The position numbers were made by a program, and so were the translations under genes. A stretch of DNA of 64,000 nt from a virus, in IMG/VR virus record IMGVR_UViG_3300009285_003054, positions 24,726 through 88,725 of that record, one strand, 5' to 3'. Below are positions 35,141-45,142 of this stretch, in pieces. A model generated the notes under the pieces. It searched no databases, was not told where the DNA came from, and saw only the letters and a list, made by a program, of their open reading frames with translations. Each line of letters opens with the position of its first letter. Positions within the stretch are counted from its first letter, which is position 1.

Positions 35141-36361
35141 ATGGGATACGCACAAACCAACCCCCACGGGGCATTCACAGGAAAGAAAAGCCATCTGGTG
35201 CTGTCCGGTCGTCCGGACTCTCCAGTCCTATCAGAAGCACGTAACTGGGGACGTACTCGAACTGGATCCGTTCAGATGTCAGGATCTGGTAAACGACCCT
35301 CTGCCATCGAACTGGATCGCGGCAGAGGCGAACGACTGTTCGGGCAGAACGGGGAGATCAATGCCAGTAACAAAGTCGAGCTGTTGGCCAAGATCCGAGA
35401 TCTGGTCAATGGCAATCAGCCCAGCAAGGGTGGTGCAGATCGGCTGTTCGAGCGTCGCACCACCACCGAGTACGATCAGCATCTCAAGACCAAGTACGAA
35501 GATGCCCTAAGGATTGCTCGCAGTGACCGAACCGGTCAGGGTTTCATGGTCCTCGGTGAGGTGCTCGGCGACGAAGTCTATGAGACACTGGGGAGGGAGG
35601 GCTTCGCTCGCAACTGCCTCATGGTCCGTGACCTCGGCGACAAGGAAATCGGACGTGTCCGGGTCCGCAAAAAGGATGTCGTGGCGCAGATCTCCACAAC
35701 CAATATCAACACCAATCGGGTCATGGTCCGACAATACTGGGTTTATCCCAGTGAGTACTATATCACAGCATACATTTCCCTTGAGGAAAAAGAAATTGCC
35801 CAGGCTGGAACCGAACTGTTGGACGACAAGTATCAGGATGCGCTCGAACAGGTCATGGTCCGGGAAGATCAACATATACGGAATGAATTCGATTCAACCG
35901 TCGGTGTGTTCAACCCGCTCCTGACATTCAATGCGTTCACACCGCTGTTCTTCTCCCAGGGGAAGATCAACGTCGACCACTGGGGAATCCCATGTACCCG
36001 TGCGATCCTGGCGTGGGATATCTGGAATGACATCAGCGCCGAGCCAGAGTTTGCAAACTGGTTTGATCCCGTGACCAAACATGAACTGATCCTGGATGGG
36101 AAAATCGGTTCATTGATGGATGTTCAGCTCATCACTGACGGTCTGAGATACGACACATTGCGCGTGCTGCAGGATGGTGAGATCTACTTCCTGGGCCCGC
36201 AGATTGCAGTGGGTACCATCACCCAGCGCCGACCATTGCAGGCAGAACCAACCAACCGCTACAACTTTGGTCAGCCCGAACGCGGTTGGTATATGTTCCA
36301 GATCCAGGGGAATGCGGTATTTCCTCGGGCCGTGTCCAAGGCAGTCAGAATCTCGTCATGA
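35141..36361 (+). CDS. Major capsid protein
   Basis: GEINASNK..LL, VREDQ, WNDI...F...DPV.K.ELI..G..G.L.D..LITDG.R...RVL..GEIY and RGW motifs match the recalled Y3/JA11/PaBG-type MCP. Position after scaffold and decoration genes. Confidence 0.85.
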   Translation: MGYAQTNPHGAFTGKKSHLVLSGRPDSPVLSEARNWGRTRTGSVQMSGSGKRPSAIELDRGRGERLFGQNGEINASNKVELLAKIRDLVNGNQPSKGGADRLFERRTTTEYDQHLKTKYEDALRIARSDRTGQGFMVLGEVLGDEVYETLGREGFARNCLMVRDLGDKEIGRVRVRKKDVVAQISTTNINTNRVMVRQYWVYPSEYYITAYISLEEKEIAQAGTELLDDKYQDALEQVMVREDQHIRNEFDSTVGVFNPLLTFNAFTPLFFSQGKINVDHWGIPCTRAILAWDIWNDISAEPEFANWFDPVTKHELILDGKIGSLMDVQLITDGLRYDTLRVLQDGEIYFLGPQIAVGTITQRRPLQAEPTNRYNFGQPERGWYMFQIQGNAVFPRAVSKAVRISS

Positions 36362-36422
36362 GAGTTCTTCGGGTGATTGAGTTGAGCTGACAAGAGCGGT
36401 TCACCCAACCTCTTGATCGAGT

Positions 36423-36857
36423 ATGGGATGTCTTCTCCCAGGGGACATCCCATTTTTATTTCCAAAGTGGAGATACACACACGTGACCATAGCAACTCTC
36501 GGCATTTCTGCCGTCTATCATGAAACCGGTGATTTCATTGAAGTGATAACCACGTTATACGATACTGACGGTGAGCCAGTAGACCCTACAGAGATTCAAT
36601 CATGCGATGTGTCTCTTCGCAAAGGGGGTGCTACTATTGCAGATGTCACAGGGTTGGATCGATTTTGTGCCGATGAGAATCTGGCGTTCACTGTAGTGTT
36701 CAATCGCCCCCTGGTCAATCGAGGATTACGTGCGCGTGCTGTATTTGTAGACACCACCGATAGGCAATGGGTTAAGAGTGTAGCAGTTACGACGGGAACA
36801 TACTCCAACTCCGAAGGTGACTTGGGAGACAATCGTCCTAACATCCTGGAAACCTAA
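36423..36857 (+). CDS. Hypothetical beta-rich virion-like protein
   Basis: Follows MCP; stop overlaps the next start (TAATG). Confidence 0.6.
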   Translation: MGCLLPGDIPFLFPKWRYTHVTIATLGISAVYHETGDFIEVITTLYDTDGEPVDPTEIQSCDVSLRKGGATIADVTGLDRFCADENLAFTVVFNRPLVNRGLRARAVFVDTTDRQWVKSVAVTTGTYSNSEGDLGDNRPNILET

Positions 36858-38056
36858 TGGAAAATCCACCAATATCTCCGAACGATATACAGCCACAACC
36901 TGTTGCTATCGAGGCGTCCCCATATCATACCGGATTGCAGTGGCTCACCGAGCTGATCTTCCCATCTTTCTTAGGTGGCATCATCGGACGTTGGTTACTA
37001 GCCAAGCTGTTCGACAAACTCAAAGGTTTAGGACTACTCCCCCCTAAGTTTTTCAAGTGGCTGTATCGAAGGATGCCCCCCGAAGATGTGATGAAAAACA
37101 CACAGAAGCATACCCACTCTATTCGAGCCTGTTTTGCACGGAATTCCGTGCAACTGGGGGTAACCTCTGCTATTGAGAGAATCCCACTCACGTCACCCGA
37201 AGATATGGAAGCACTGGGGTACTTACGAAGGTTTTTCACCGGTATACCCCGGCTCCCTACCCGGGTGGCCTTAGCGTCTGTTGAGGATGCTGAGATCTTC
37301 GAGAAGGTGGAGTCTACCCGGGAGGCAGCAGGTAGACTCAGTGGTCCGCTAGGAGGGAAAAAACTTCCACGCGGCATCTCGGAAGATGGCAAACCAATAT
37401 GGTCCGAGGTAATATCTGAGTACGCTCCGCAAATTACCGGCCTTGGGGGTGGGGACAGATTTCGTGAGTGGGCAACAGCTATCCTTATTTACCAGCAGAC
37501 TTGCTTCGAACAGAGTATATCCCCTTGGAATCCAGGGGTTGCGTCGTTATCTCCTTCTCCAGGAGAAGGAGAAAGCAAACGAGCACGTCTAGTGAAGACA
37601 CTAAATCTAGCAACCAAGTTAGGGCTAGCCAAAGCGAGGAGGATATGTGGGAGTCTCCGTAATGACTATGGACTGAACTTTCCTACGAAGGCTAGTGTGC
37701 ATACCGCAAAATACATCCCAGGACATGACATTCTCTGGATTTCGGCTGTTTATCAAACCTCTTTGCCACCAGGTAGCAAAGAGAGGTCGAACATTAATAG
37801 TGCATTATTGGGGAAATGGGGTTTCGTAAAAGGCGGCGGATCCTCTAAAAAGATCCTCCTCTCAGGGGGCAAGTCTGGGTATCTCGTTGATTTTTGGTCC
37901 GAGAAAGGACAGACTTTCCTCCGCTTGGTCATCCCTATTACCCGGGCCAATGCATTCCTTCTAATCCAGGATCGAATTCAGGACATTCCCGAACTAGAGC
38001 GGCGACTCCAATCCGTGGTGAAACGCTGGTGGCGGGGTGGGTATGAATTCAAATAG
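36857..38056 (+). CDS. Hypothetical protein with N-terminal hydrophobic segment
   Basis: Long ORF containing LIFPSFLGGIIGRWLL. Confidence 0.7.
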   Translation: MENPPISPNDIQPQPVAIEASPYHTGLQWLTELIFPSFLGGIIGRWLLAKLFDKLKGLGLLPPKFFKWLYRRMPPEDVMKNTQKHTHSIRACFARNSVQLGVTSAIERIPLTSPEDMEALGYLRRFFTGIPRLPTRVALASVEDAEIFEKVESTREAAGRLSGPLGGKKLPRGISEDGKPIWSEVISEYAPQITGLGGGDRFREWATAILIYQQTCFEQSISPWNPGVASLSPSPGEGESKRARLVKTLNLATKLGLAKARRICGSLRNDYGLNFPTKASVHTAKYIPGHDILWISAVYQTSLPPGSKERSNINSALLGKWGFVKGGGSSKKILLSGGKSGYLVDFWSEKGQTFLRLVIPITRANAFLLIQDRIQDIPELERRLQSVVKRWWRGGYEFK

Positions 38057-38080
38057 AAATAGGTCTTTCCCAAAGGAGCT

Positions 38081-38521
38081 GTGATGTTGGCAGCATATAA
38101 CGGTAGGATATCTTTTCTGATCCCCGAAGACACTGCTCTGGATCCGTTAGGAATCGAGGACAATCTGGAATCGGTATTGGAAGTACTGGAGCCACGTCTG
38201 ATTTTCATCAACTTTGGGTCCGAGACCGTCGAATTGACCATCACCCGCACGGTCAACTTAGGTGTATCCGCAGACCCAGAGGACACTGGCAGTGTCACAG
38301 AAACGTTAGTGGATGGGCATGCTTTGGCATCGGGGGATTCCTATACATACACTCCGAATTTTCACTCACTGGTCGTATCCGAAACAACCCCATCCATCAC
38401 ACATTACGCTGCATTTGATGGCACGGGGACCACAACAGACAACGTGGTCCAGCTGTTTGTTTCGGGATGGGTGGAGGAAACCACCCGCAGTAACCTTCTC
38501 AATTACACCCGGCCTGCGTAG
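38081..38521 (+). CDS. Hypothetical, probably structural
   Basis: AAGGAG RBS; Thr/Val/acidic-rich composition. Confidence 0.65.
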   Translation: MMLAAYNGRISFLIPEDTALDPLGIEDNLESVLEVLEPRLIFINFGSETVELTITRTVNLGVSADPEDTGSVTETLVDGHALASGDSYTYTPNFHSLVVSETTPSITHYAAFDGTGTTTDNVVQLFVSGWVEETTRSNLLNYTRPA

Positions 38522-38530
38522 GAGAATTCC

Positions 38531-40633
38531 ATGATAACCGAGAAGCAACAATCACCAGATCTTTCACCACCCCTGTTCCTCCGGAAACTCGCATTGACGG
38601 GTGTAGCCGCTTTAGATAGTATGAATCCCGAGGATCACCCGACTCTGCGATCGGCTGTGGCACTACACTGGGTAGACACATATGACGCTGCGATGCAGCG
38701 GGTGGCGTTGGTGACACTAGATGGAAAACACGGGAAGATTACTCCCGAATATCAAAAGGAGCAGATCTCACTACAGCGCCGACTCCAAGCGCAAGTGACT
38801 GCATTGGCACATTGTGCAGTGGCGCTCCGTACATTCCGAGGATACAATGTCGGCGATCTCCCTGGGTACCTGGATGCGTGTTCCGGGGAGGTCAACAACA
38901 TACTGGATCGAATGGACCTCGCAGTGGGGCATACTTCCGCCAGCGCAGTAGAAATCCGAACTGCTGCGTCTGCTGGGGAAGGTACCCTCCGCGACGTGCT
39001 CACAGACATCCTAGAAAGTGCACACAAGCAACGTAGTAACTTTGCGAAGGTGTATACAATCCCTGCAGCGTTCCGGGGAGCATTGCGGCATGATGCTGGT
39101 GTCAAAGAGTTACAGGGGATTGTACCGCCAATCAGTGGGCCTCAGAAGCGTGCGGCCCAACGAGTATTCGACTCGGAGGGACTGGACGCATTTATGCCGA
39201 CTATTCAGTCTAAGGATCTGACTGCGGTATATCTCCGTGCAATTGAGACATACCGAAACAACCTCAAGAATGGCACCCTTAGGGGTGGTGGGTATGGTGA
39301 GACAGTATTCAAAGTCAAGTGTCGTGCGAAACATACTGTCGAGTATGTGTTATTGTCCCACGAAGATTCGTCAGTGCAGTGGACGTTGGCATTTAAGACC
39401 ACCGCGTTCACTACCTGTGGGCTGATCTTCCGCTTTGTACTCAAATCCGATGGGATAGCTAGGGTGCTCAACTCTTGGGTACAGGGTGCTATGGCCGCAA
39501 TGCAAGATGCAACGGAAGATCCCGAAGCTGAACTGAATTATCAAGTCGAGATGATTGGACATGCAATACGGGATGGTGAAGATCACATTCTCCGATCATG
39601 GGCGGGGGACAAGGTTCACAGTGAAGTATCTCTGGGAGAGACACCCGACACATGTGTGATCAAGTTGGAGTTGCTCCGAGCAACGGAATTGACGTTCGAC
39701 ACCGACCCGAATACCAAAAGAAAACAGTTCTTGAGGTTCCATGCTTACAATCGGACACTGATGGGTGGCAGACACTCGGCAGAAGAAAAAGCCAAAGAGG
39801 CGATCCATAAGCTAGGTGGGGATGTTCAAGGTGTACAAGAGATTAAAGATCATTCCGCAGATCTGCGGACCAACGGCTTTCGTTTCTTTTTGACTACCCC
39901 GCTCGCAGTTGATCGAACAAAACTGGTAAAGTCGTTGGCTGACTTGGCATGGTCCCTGGGGAAGGGTAAACGCGACGACTCCGATGATGCTGAGACGATC
40001 AAAACGTTCGAGGCGCAACACGGTGTAAGCACCAGCAAAGCGCAGTCCCTCAAGCGTACCCGTGCAGCAGAACAAGGAAAACTGCTCCAGAAAATTACCG
40101 AAATACTCAACTCATCTGAGATTATGCTCTCAGACAAAATGCGTAAGCAGCTAGAACGGTTGGAATGGGGGATGCAGAACAAAGCAGTGACCGATCTCAA
40201 CTCGCTTATGATCACCATTCCCGCACGGCTAGAGATGATAGAAGAGCGGTTCACACGAACAAGAAAAGCATCCGTGGGAAGTAGGTCGGTTATGGATCTA
40301 CAGAAACTCCATGGGTTCCTCCAACGTCAATGCCGCATACCTTATACACTCTCCACCCGTCTACAAGAGCACGGGGTTACCAAAGAAGCTATCCCTACAT
40401 CAGCAAAATTGACGCAGATGTTGGTAGCACAAGCCCAGAATGACATCCACCGTACAGGGGTTGGGCCAGATCGAATGATCCTTCGCATTCCCCATGGGGT
40501 AGTGGCAGAGTCTAAGGAATGCTTATCACAAGTAGTGACTGCTGGGATGACCCTGCGCTTCGGGAATGAGAGAGACGTGCTCGTAGTGGATGCGCAATTG
40601 CACCCACTGACTATTCAACAAATGAGTCTGTAA
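38531..40633 (+). CDS. Large hypothetical protein, probably internal head
   Basis: AGGAG RBS, 700 aa, contains the IRTAA motif. Confidence 0.7.
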   Translation: MITEKQQSPDLSPPLFLRKLALTGVAALDSMNPEDHPTLRSAVALHWVDTYDAAMQRVALVTLDGKHGKITPEYQKEQISLQRRLQAQVTALAHCAVALRTFRGYNVGDLPGYLDACSGEVNNILDRMDLAVGHTSASAVEIRTAASAGEGTLRDVLTDILESAHKQRSNFAKVYTIPAAFRGALRHDAGVKELQGIVPPISGPQKRAAQRVFDSEGLDAFMPTIQSKDLTAVYLRAIETYRNNLKNGTLRGGGYGETVFKVKCRAKHTVEYVLLSHEDSSVQWTLAFKTTAFTTCGLIFRFVLKSDGIARVLNSWVQGAMAAMQDATEDPEAELNYQVEMIGHAIRDGEDHILRSWAGDKVHSEVSLGETPDTCVIKLELLRATELTFDTDPNTKRKQFLRFHAYNRTLMGGRHSAEEKAKEAIHKLGGDVQGVQEIKDHSADLRTNGFRFFLTTPLAVDRTKLVKSLADLAWSLGKGKRDDSDDAETIKTFEAQHGVSTSKAQSLKRTRAAEQGKLLQKITEILNSSEIMLSDKMRKQLERLEWGMQNKAVTDLNSLMITIPARLEMIEERFTRTRKASVGSRSVMDLQKLHGFLQRQCRIPYTLSTRLQEHGVTKEAIPTSAKLTQMLVAQAQNDIHRTGVGPDRMILRIPHGVVAESKECLSQVVTAGMTLRFGNERDVLVVDAQLHPLTIQQMSL

Positions 40634-40653
40634 TCTGTAAAGAGAGAATGTAC

Positions 40654-41064
40654 GGGGGTGACTTGGTTTCGACGGGGAGACTCTAGGTACACACAGAAGT
40701 CGAGGTAAGGATCACCTTACGATCCAAAAAAATCAGGTGCGAACAACACCAAACACTACGCATCCGAACCCGCAAGGATGGTTGCGTAGTCCAGGGATCT
40801 TGAATCTCTGGTGCTCTGTAGAGACTAGCCGAATCTTCGGGGTATAATTTAGGCTACACGACCCCTATCAGGATTACTAGTTCAATGGGTTGATAGTGGG
40901 AGTGTATTGGTGATTACCCACAGAACTCGAGGGGGAAAACACCCTTCCCTTATTCATGGGTGGTGCCCGCTTACCAGCACCAGTGGCAGTAAACGGTAAG
41001 CAAGTTGACTAACGTTGTGTGTACCGAATCTTTTCGGACGGGGGTTCGATTCCCCCCACCTCCA
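40654..41064 (+). ncRNA. ssrA: tmRNA; tag ORF 40739..40789 = ANNTKHYASEPARMVA*
   Basis: 5' GGGGGTG...TTCGAC; 3' GGGGG-TTCGATT-CCCCC T-arm; acceptor CACCTCC-A with G3.U alanine pair; helix GGTACACACAG/TTGTGTGTACC; pk1-type pseudoknot GAGGT/ACCTT + GGATC/GATCC before the GCG AAC resume codons. CCA is not encoded. Confidence 0.95.
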
Positions 41065-41101
41065 CTTTTAGAAACGATAAAAAATGAAAGGATGAAATGA
41101 C

Positions 41102-41290
41102 ATGATGATGACACTGGAAGAATGTGCAACAATTACAGATGTTTGTGAGCTATTGGAAGCTACTTACGAAGACGCTGCTAGCGAAGACGCCCGCGCTAAG
41201 CACCATAAGCGCTATCTTACTGTGATCGATGCTTATCAAGATAGCTTCGATCTTAGTAGAAAACTTGGGGTCAAGGACTACCTGTTTTGA
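41102..41290 (+). CDS. Small hypothetical protein
   Basis: AAGGA RBS, directly after the tmRNA. Confidence 0.55.
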   Translation: MMMTLEECATITDVCELLEATYEDAASEDARAKHHKRYLTVIDAYQDSFDLSRKLGVKDYLF

Positions 41291-41419
41291 TATAGAAGCA
41301 ATAGTTGACCGCCTTCTTCAAGTGAATGCGACGTAAGTCCCGTGGGTATTATGTATGTGGCGACTGCGGCAAGAGTTGAAACTCGTTATAGAATGACGAG
41401 GAGTAGCAAGCAGCCGTGG

Positions 41420-41453
41420 AAAAGGTAGGGAGAAATCCCTACCTTTTTCTTTT
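41420..41453 (+). terminator. Rho-independent terminator
   Basis: AAAAGGTAGGGA-GAAA-TCCCTACCTTTT followed by TCTTTT. Confidence 0.9.
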
Positions 41454-41600
41454 GGGTAATCTGAAAATCTCTAAAGCTTAGAGAAGAGGATATACGTATG
41501 GAATGGTAGTAAAATACTAACCGCCAGGATTCACAACAGAAGCACGTAAGTGGTTTCGGCTAGGGGATCACACCCATCCTGGGTTCACTAGAGGTGATGT

Positions 41601-41813
41601 ATGAATGGTAAGATTGGAGACCTGGTTCGGATTGCCGTCCCGCATCCAGGCCCACACACGATTGACTCCATTCGTCAATATGTGGATGGAAAACTTTGTG
41701 ATATGTATTGGGGTGTAGTAGTCGGATCTTATCACGAAGGCACGACAGAGATAAAATTGACTCAAGGGATGGGGTGGCGCGAGGATGTGACGCACGGATT
41801 CGGAGACGACTGA
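41601..41813 (+). CDS. Small hypothetical protein (SH3/KOW-like start KIGDLVRI)
   Basis: GAGGTG RBS. Confidence 0.6.
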   Translation: MNGKIGDLVRIAVPHPGPHTIDSIRQYVDGKLCDMYWGVVVGSYHEGTTEIKLTQGMGWREDVTHGFGDD

Positions 41814-41912
41814 ATCACGATTATATCATGAGGATTGACCATACTGTTTCGGCCCAGGTCATTTCGACTGTGGGTGATCAACGGCCCGGATGTCCGGGCA
41901 TTAATGAGGTGA

Positions 41913-42263
41913 ATGATGAAGTACGTGATGTTGTTCTTGTTCTTGGTACTGTTGCCATTCAATGTGATCGCCGAGGTCGCAGTGCAGCCGCAGATTCCTC
42001 CATTCTGGGATGAGGTTGATTGCACAGATGACCTCGGGGAGCTGTCCGATGCCAATGTGTGCCATCATTTCAATACTGGTAGTTTCGAGTGGGACCTGAT
42101 GGATGTCGAGTCATACGTCTGCTATCAGAGCCCTATTGTCGCCCCGCTTAGCTATGTCTGCTTCGTGTCGTTCACATACCCGCCCGATTTGGAATGTTCC
42201 GCTACTTTTGGGCAAGTGTGGGGAGACCAAGTGGGGGACGGTATTACATGCCCCTTGGAGTGA
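41913..42263 (+). CDS. Secreted Cys-rich acidic protein
   Basis: GAGGTG RBS. Signal peptide MKYVMLFLFLVLLPFNVIA; six Cys in the mature part. Confidence 0.7.
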   Translation: MMKYVMLFLFLVLLPFNVIAEVAVQPQIPPFWDEVDCTDDLGELSDANVCHHFNTGSFEWDLMDVESYVCYQSPIVAPLSYVCFVSFTYPPDLECSATFGQVWGDQVGDGITCPLE

Positions 42264-42389
42264 TTGTTCCTACCCAATACCCACTATAATCCAGGGTGGC
42301 ATCAACCCTGGAACCCACCCGACAGCTTAACCCCAATTCAGCAACCCACGTGATATCAATTTTCTCCAAGCACCGGTGCCGGAGGGTTG

Positions 42390-43226
42390 TTATGCCAAAG
42401 AAGCATAACTATCGGAGCTAATTATCGGTTCCCCAGCAAGCTTCGGGATTTCCAGATCTCTCCTCCGGGAAACTTGCTGGCCAAAGGTAGTAGAGAGATA
42501 TTCCGCTTGTAGTGCGGCATGGTTTGTTATGCGTGGTGTGATTCTTCTAGCGGATACTGTAAAGGAGTAGCCCCGAATTTCAAGTGGCTCACCTGCATCC
42601 AGGTTTAACCCATTGATCCCCCCGGGATCAAGCTTCCCCTCAATAGTAAGTGACGGGTAAACAACAGATGTCTGAATGATAATGAGATCATTAGATCGAC
42701 CATCCGGTAATATTCGGGGATCTTCGAGGAGCAGTTCGGTTAGTGCGTAGAGAGTATCCAACCCACCAGGGATTCTAATCTCACCGTCCCAACCGATCCG
42801 TACCGGAATACAATTTCCGGTGTTTAGTGTGTAGCTGAATGGCACTTCATCTAGGTATGCGCCCAAGCGATCAGCCCGCTCTGCACTGGATTGAAACGAG
42901 TGCAGCACCTCGCCACCACCACATTTCTCCAGAACCTCCCGAGTCTTCAGAATAAAACCATACTGCGATGGGTTTAACTCGGCGTAGATGACTGAGAAAT
43001 CCGCGCCACCGGAAGGGGTATAGATCCCTTCCTTCCGTCCGATTCGGGTGAACATAAAGGGTGCGCGGATCAATCCTGTAGTAGCTTCAATTGAGTGTGC
43101 GCGGGACTTCAAGACACTGGTGAGTTCCGGAATTGCCTTGAATCCCGCACTCGATGCAGCAGTTTCCACATCGGATTGTGTGGATGGTTGGGTAGTTATC
43201 TCGGTGACGGTTAATATATCCGACAT
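42390..43226 (-). CDS. Probable tail/baseplate structural protein
   Basis: Last gene of the minus-strand structural run. No catalytic motifs. Confidence 0.55.
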   Translation of the reverse strand: MSDILTVTEITTQPSTQSDVETAASSAGFKAIPELTSVLKSRAHSIEATTGLIRAPFMFTRIGRKEGIYTPSGGADFSVIYAELNPSQYGFILKTREVLEKCGGGEVLHSFQSSAERADRLGAYLDEVPFSYTLNTGNCIPVRIGWDGEIRIPGGLDTLYALTELLLEDPRILPDGRSNDLIIIQTSVVYPSLTIEGKLDPGGINGLNLDAGEPLEIRGYSFTVSARRITPRITNHAALQAEYLSTTFGQQVSRRRDLEIPKLAGEPIISSDSYASLA

Positions 43227-43239
43227 AATGGATTAGATC

Positions 43240-44064
43240 CTAGCCCTTTTGGGTGCGACCCGTCCCTTTGATCTTCGTCTGTTTATTGAGCATCGCATCT
43301 ACCGCTAGTGTAGGGTCAACACACCCCTTCTTGGCAGACTTCGCCTGTGCTCTACCCACCAGTGTATCCGATGCCCAGTCGATAACAGAGTTGTCAAATA
43401 GTGTACGTCCATCAAGGTTCTCACCTTGACATCGGGCGTTGCCCATGATATAACCGAGGTCTTCCTGTGTCAAGCGCAGGTTCTTGAATTCCGCGATGGC
43501 TGCGCGGGGCTTTAATTGACCCGCCTCTACTCTACCGCAGATAGCCATCACCCTATTCTGCACCACCGGGGGGCGATCATCCTCCACAGGCTTTCCGCCA
43601 CGATCATCGGGGTGCTGTGAGTCAAACCGGGTCTGTCCGGATGGCATTACACCACCCTCTCTTCGCATTTTGTCTCCATCGGATTCGCGGATCCCTTTGG
43701 AACGTGTGGTGAGCCTTTCTCTCTCTTCTTTGGCGTCGTCCGTGGCCAGGATCATCTGTGCCTTTTTTGCCGCTATTGGGCGCAGCAACCCGTGGTTGAT
43801 ATACGCCCAGAGATCTGCTGACTCTAGGAGTACATCGTGGGGCACTGTGTCCGTAATGCGGATGGGGAGAAATGAGTCTGGGAAGTTGACGTGGATGGTC
43901 TTCCCTCGAGAATCTGTGAACGCCAAAAAGTGGACTGCTCGGGTCCCATATGCTTCATCCGACGTGTTGGTAAGCCATAGCGCCTTTTTGGCATCTAGTA
44001 GCTCGCGAGCATGTTCCGCGTGGCGCGATGATTTGGTGCCTAATGTGGGAAGTAGTACTCTCAT
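43240..44064 (-). CDS. Probable virion structural protein
   Basis: AGGAGG RBS supports ATG 44064 (ORF track gives 44118). P.S.LPI.IT..VP...L..S.DL pattern recalled from Y3-like virion proteins. Confidence 0.6.
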   Translation of the reverse strand: MRVLLPTLGTKSSRHAEHARELLDAKKALWLTNTSDEAYGTRAVHFLAFTDSRGKTIHVNFPDSFLPIRITDTVPHDVLLESADLWAYINHGLLRPIAAKKAQMILATDDAKEERERLTTRSKGIRESDGDKMRREGGVMPSGQTRFDSQHPDDRGGKPVEDDRPPVVQNRVMAICGRVEAGQLKPRAAIAEFKNLRLTQEDLGYIMGNARCQGENLDGRTLFDNSVIDWASDTLVGRAQAKSAKKGCVDPTLAVDAMLNKQTKIKGTGRTQKG

Positions 44065-44155
44065 GCGATTCCTCCTTGTATTATCCGAAGAGATCCTGAT
44101 CCACTCGGTCAGGACCAAATACGTTTAATATCTAAGGGTCCTGTAAGATACTATA

Positions 44156-45142
44156 TTAGACACTAAGTTTCTGTATTTCTCTCCGAATGAGTTTTTCATA
44201 CCTATCGGGGTTTTTGCGTAGGGCATAGTCCTCTAGTACAATACAGCGTATACCGCGCCTAGCGTATTCGTTAGCCATGTGATCGACCTCTTCCTTGGTG
44301 TGCCAAGGACCATACCCTATAACCTCTACTACCAGTAGAGGTTTTCCATTCTCCACCGGCCCGCGCCAACAGTAAGAGAAATCGGGATTTTTATGCCATC
44401 TCTTACCATTAGGTCTTCTTAGCCTTACCCGGTATGTCATATTTGTGAGCGTTGGAATTAGACCATCTATCGCTCTGGAAACCAAAACCCACTCGGTTTT
44501 GTTGGGTATTCCAATTTTCCCAGAGGAGCACAGGACATTCCTGGTTTCAAACGACCTAGCATAGCACTTTGATAGATCCTCTGGAGATCGATTTTTCCAC
44601 CAGCGCTTGTGGTTTTCTACTTGAAACTCCCGGGAGGCATAACCACACTTACTCCGTTTTACATAGATAGATGGTTTGGATCTCACATAACCGTGACTCT
44701 GAAGTAGTCTCTGTGTCTCCGGGATAGACATCTTCCTTCTGAATGCTACTTTGAGCAGTGTGATCTCCTCTTTTTCGTATTGGTATTTGTGTCTTTTCTC
44801 TGAGGATATTCCCAACTCCGATCTCTTCCCTGCAACCTGACTGGCCAGCCTATGAAATCCGTGAACACCCAGTATTGTCGATGTCTTCTTAGCAGTCCAA
44901 TGCAATTGATTGGCCTTATGGAGTATCCGGAGTTCCTCTTCCGACCAGAAATGTCTTGATTTAGTCGGTAGACACCCAAGATGGATTCGCCTCTGTGTAA
45001 CCGCGCTGTATGTCCGAATATACCCCTTCTTCCTGAGCATACGGACAGCTTGTGGCACGGAGTTATAATCCTGTCGCAGGAGAATGTCGTCTTCCTCCTG
45101 TACCCATGCTCTGTATTTGTGCATTATATAGATAAACCCCAC
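44156..45142 (-). mobile_element. Free-standing homing-endonuclease-like gene (Myb-like W..EE..IL repeats + Vsr-type nuclease)
   Basis: N-terminal repeats WVQEEDDIL / WSEEELRIL / YEKEEITLL. C-terminal PNKTE..NPDFSY..LLVVEVIGYGPWHT. Inserted between two structural genes. Confidence 0.65.

Noticed and set aside
41036-41064. tRNA gene (GGTTCGATTCC T-loop)
   Set aside because: It is the 3' tRNA-like domain of the tmRNA, pairing with 40654-40660. No separate tRNA was found.
41281-41338. Programmed frameshift extending the 62-aa ORF (TTTT run into DIEAIVDRLLQVNAT)
   Set aside because: There is no canonical slippery heptamer and no homology evidence, and the short open frame can arise by chance.
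41339-41419. Riboswitch or ribozyme between the 62-aa ORF and the terminator
   Set aside because: Only short alternative hairpins; no recognisable conserved core such as hammerhead CUGAUGA/GAAA.
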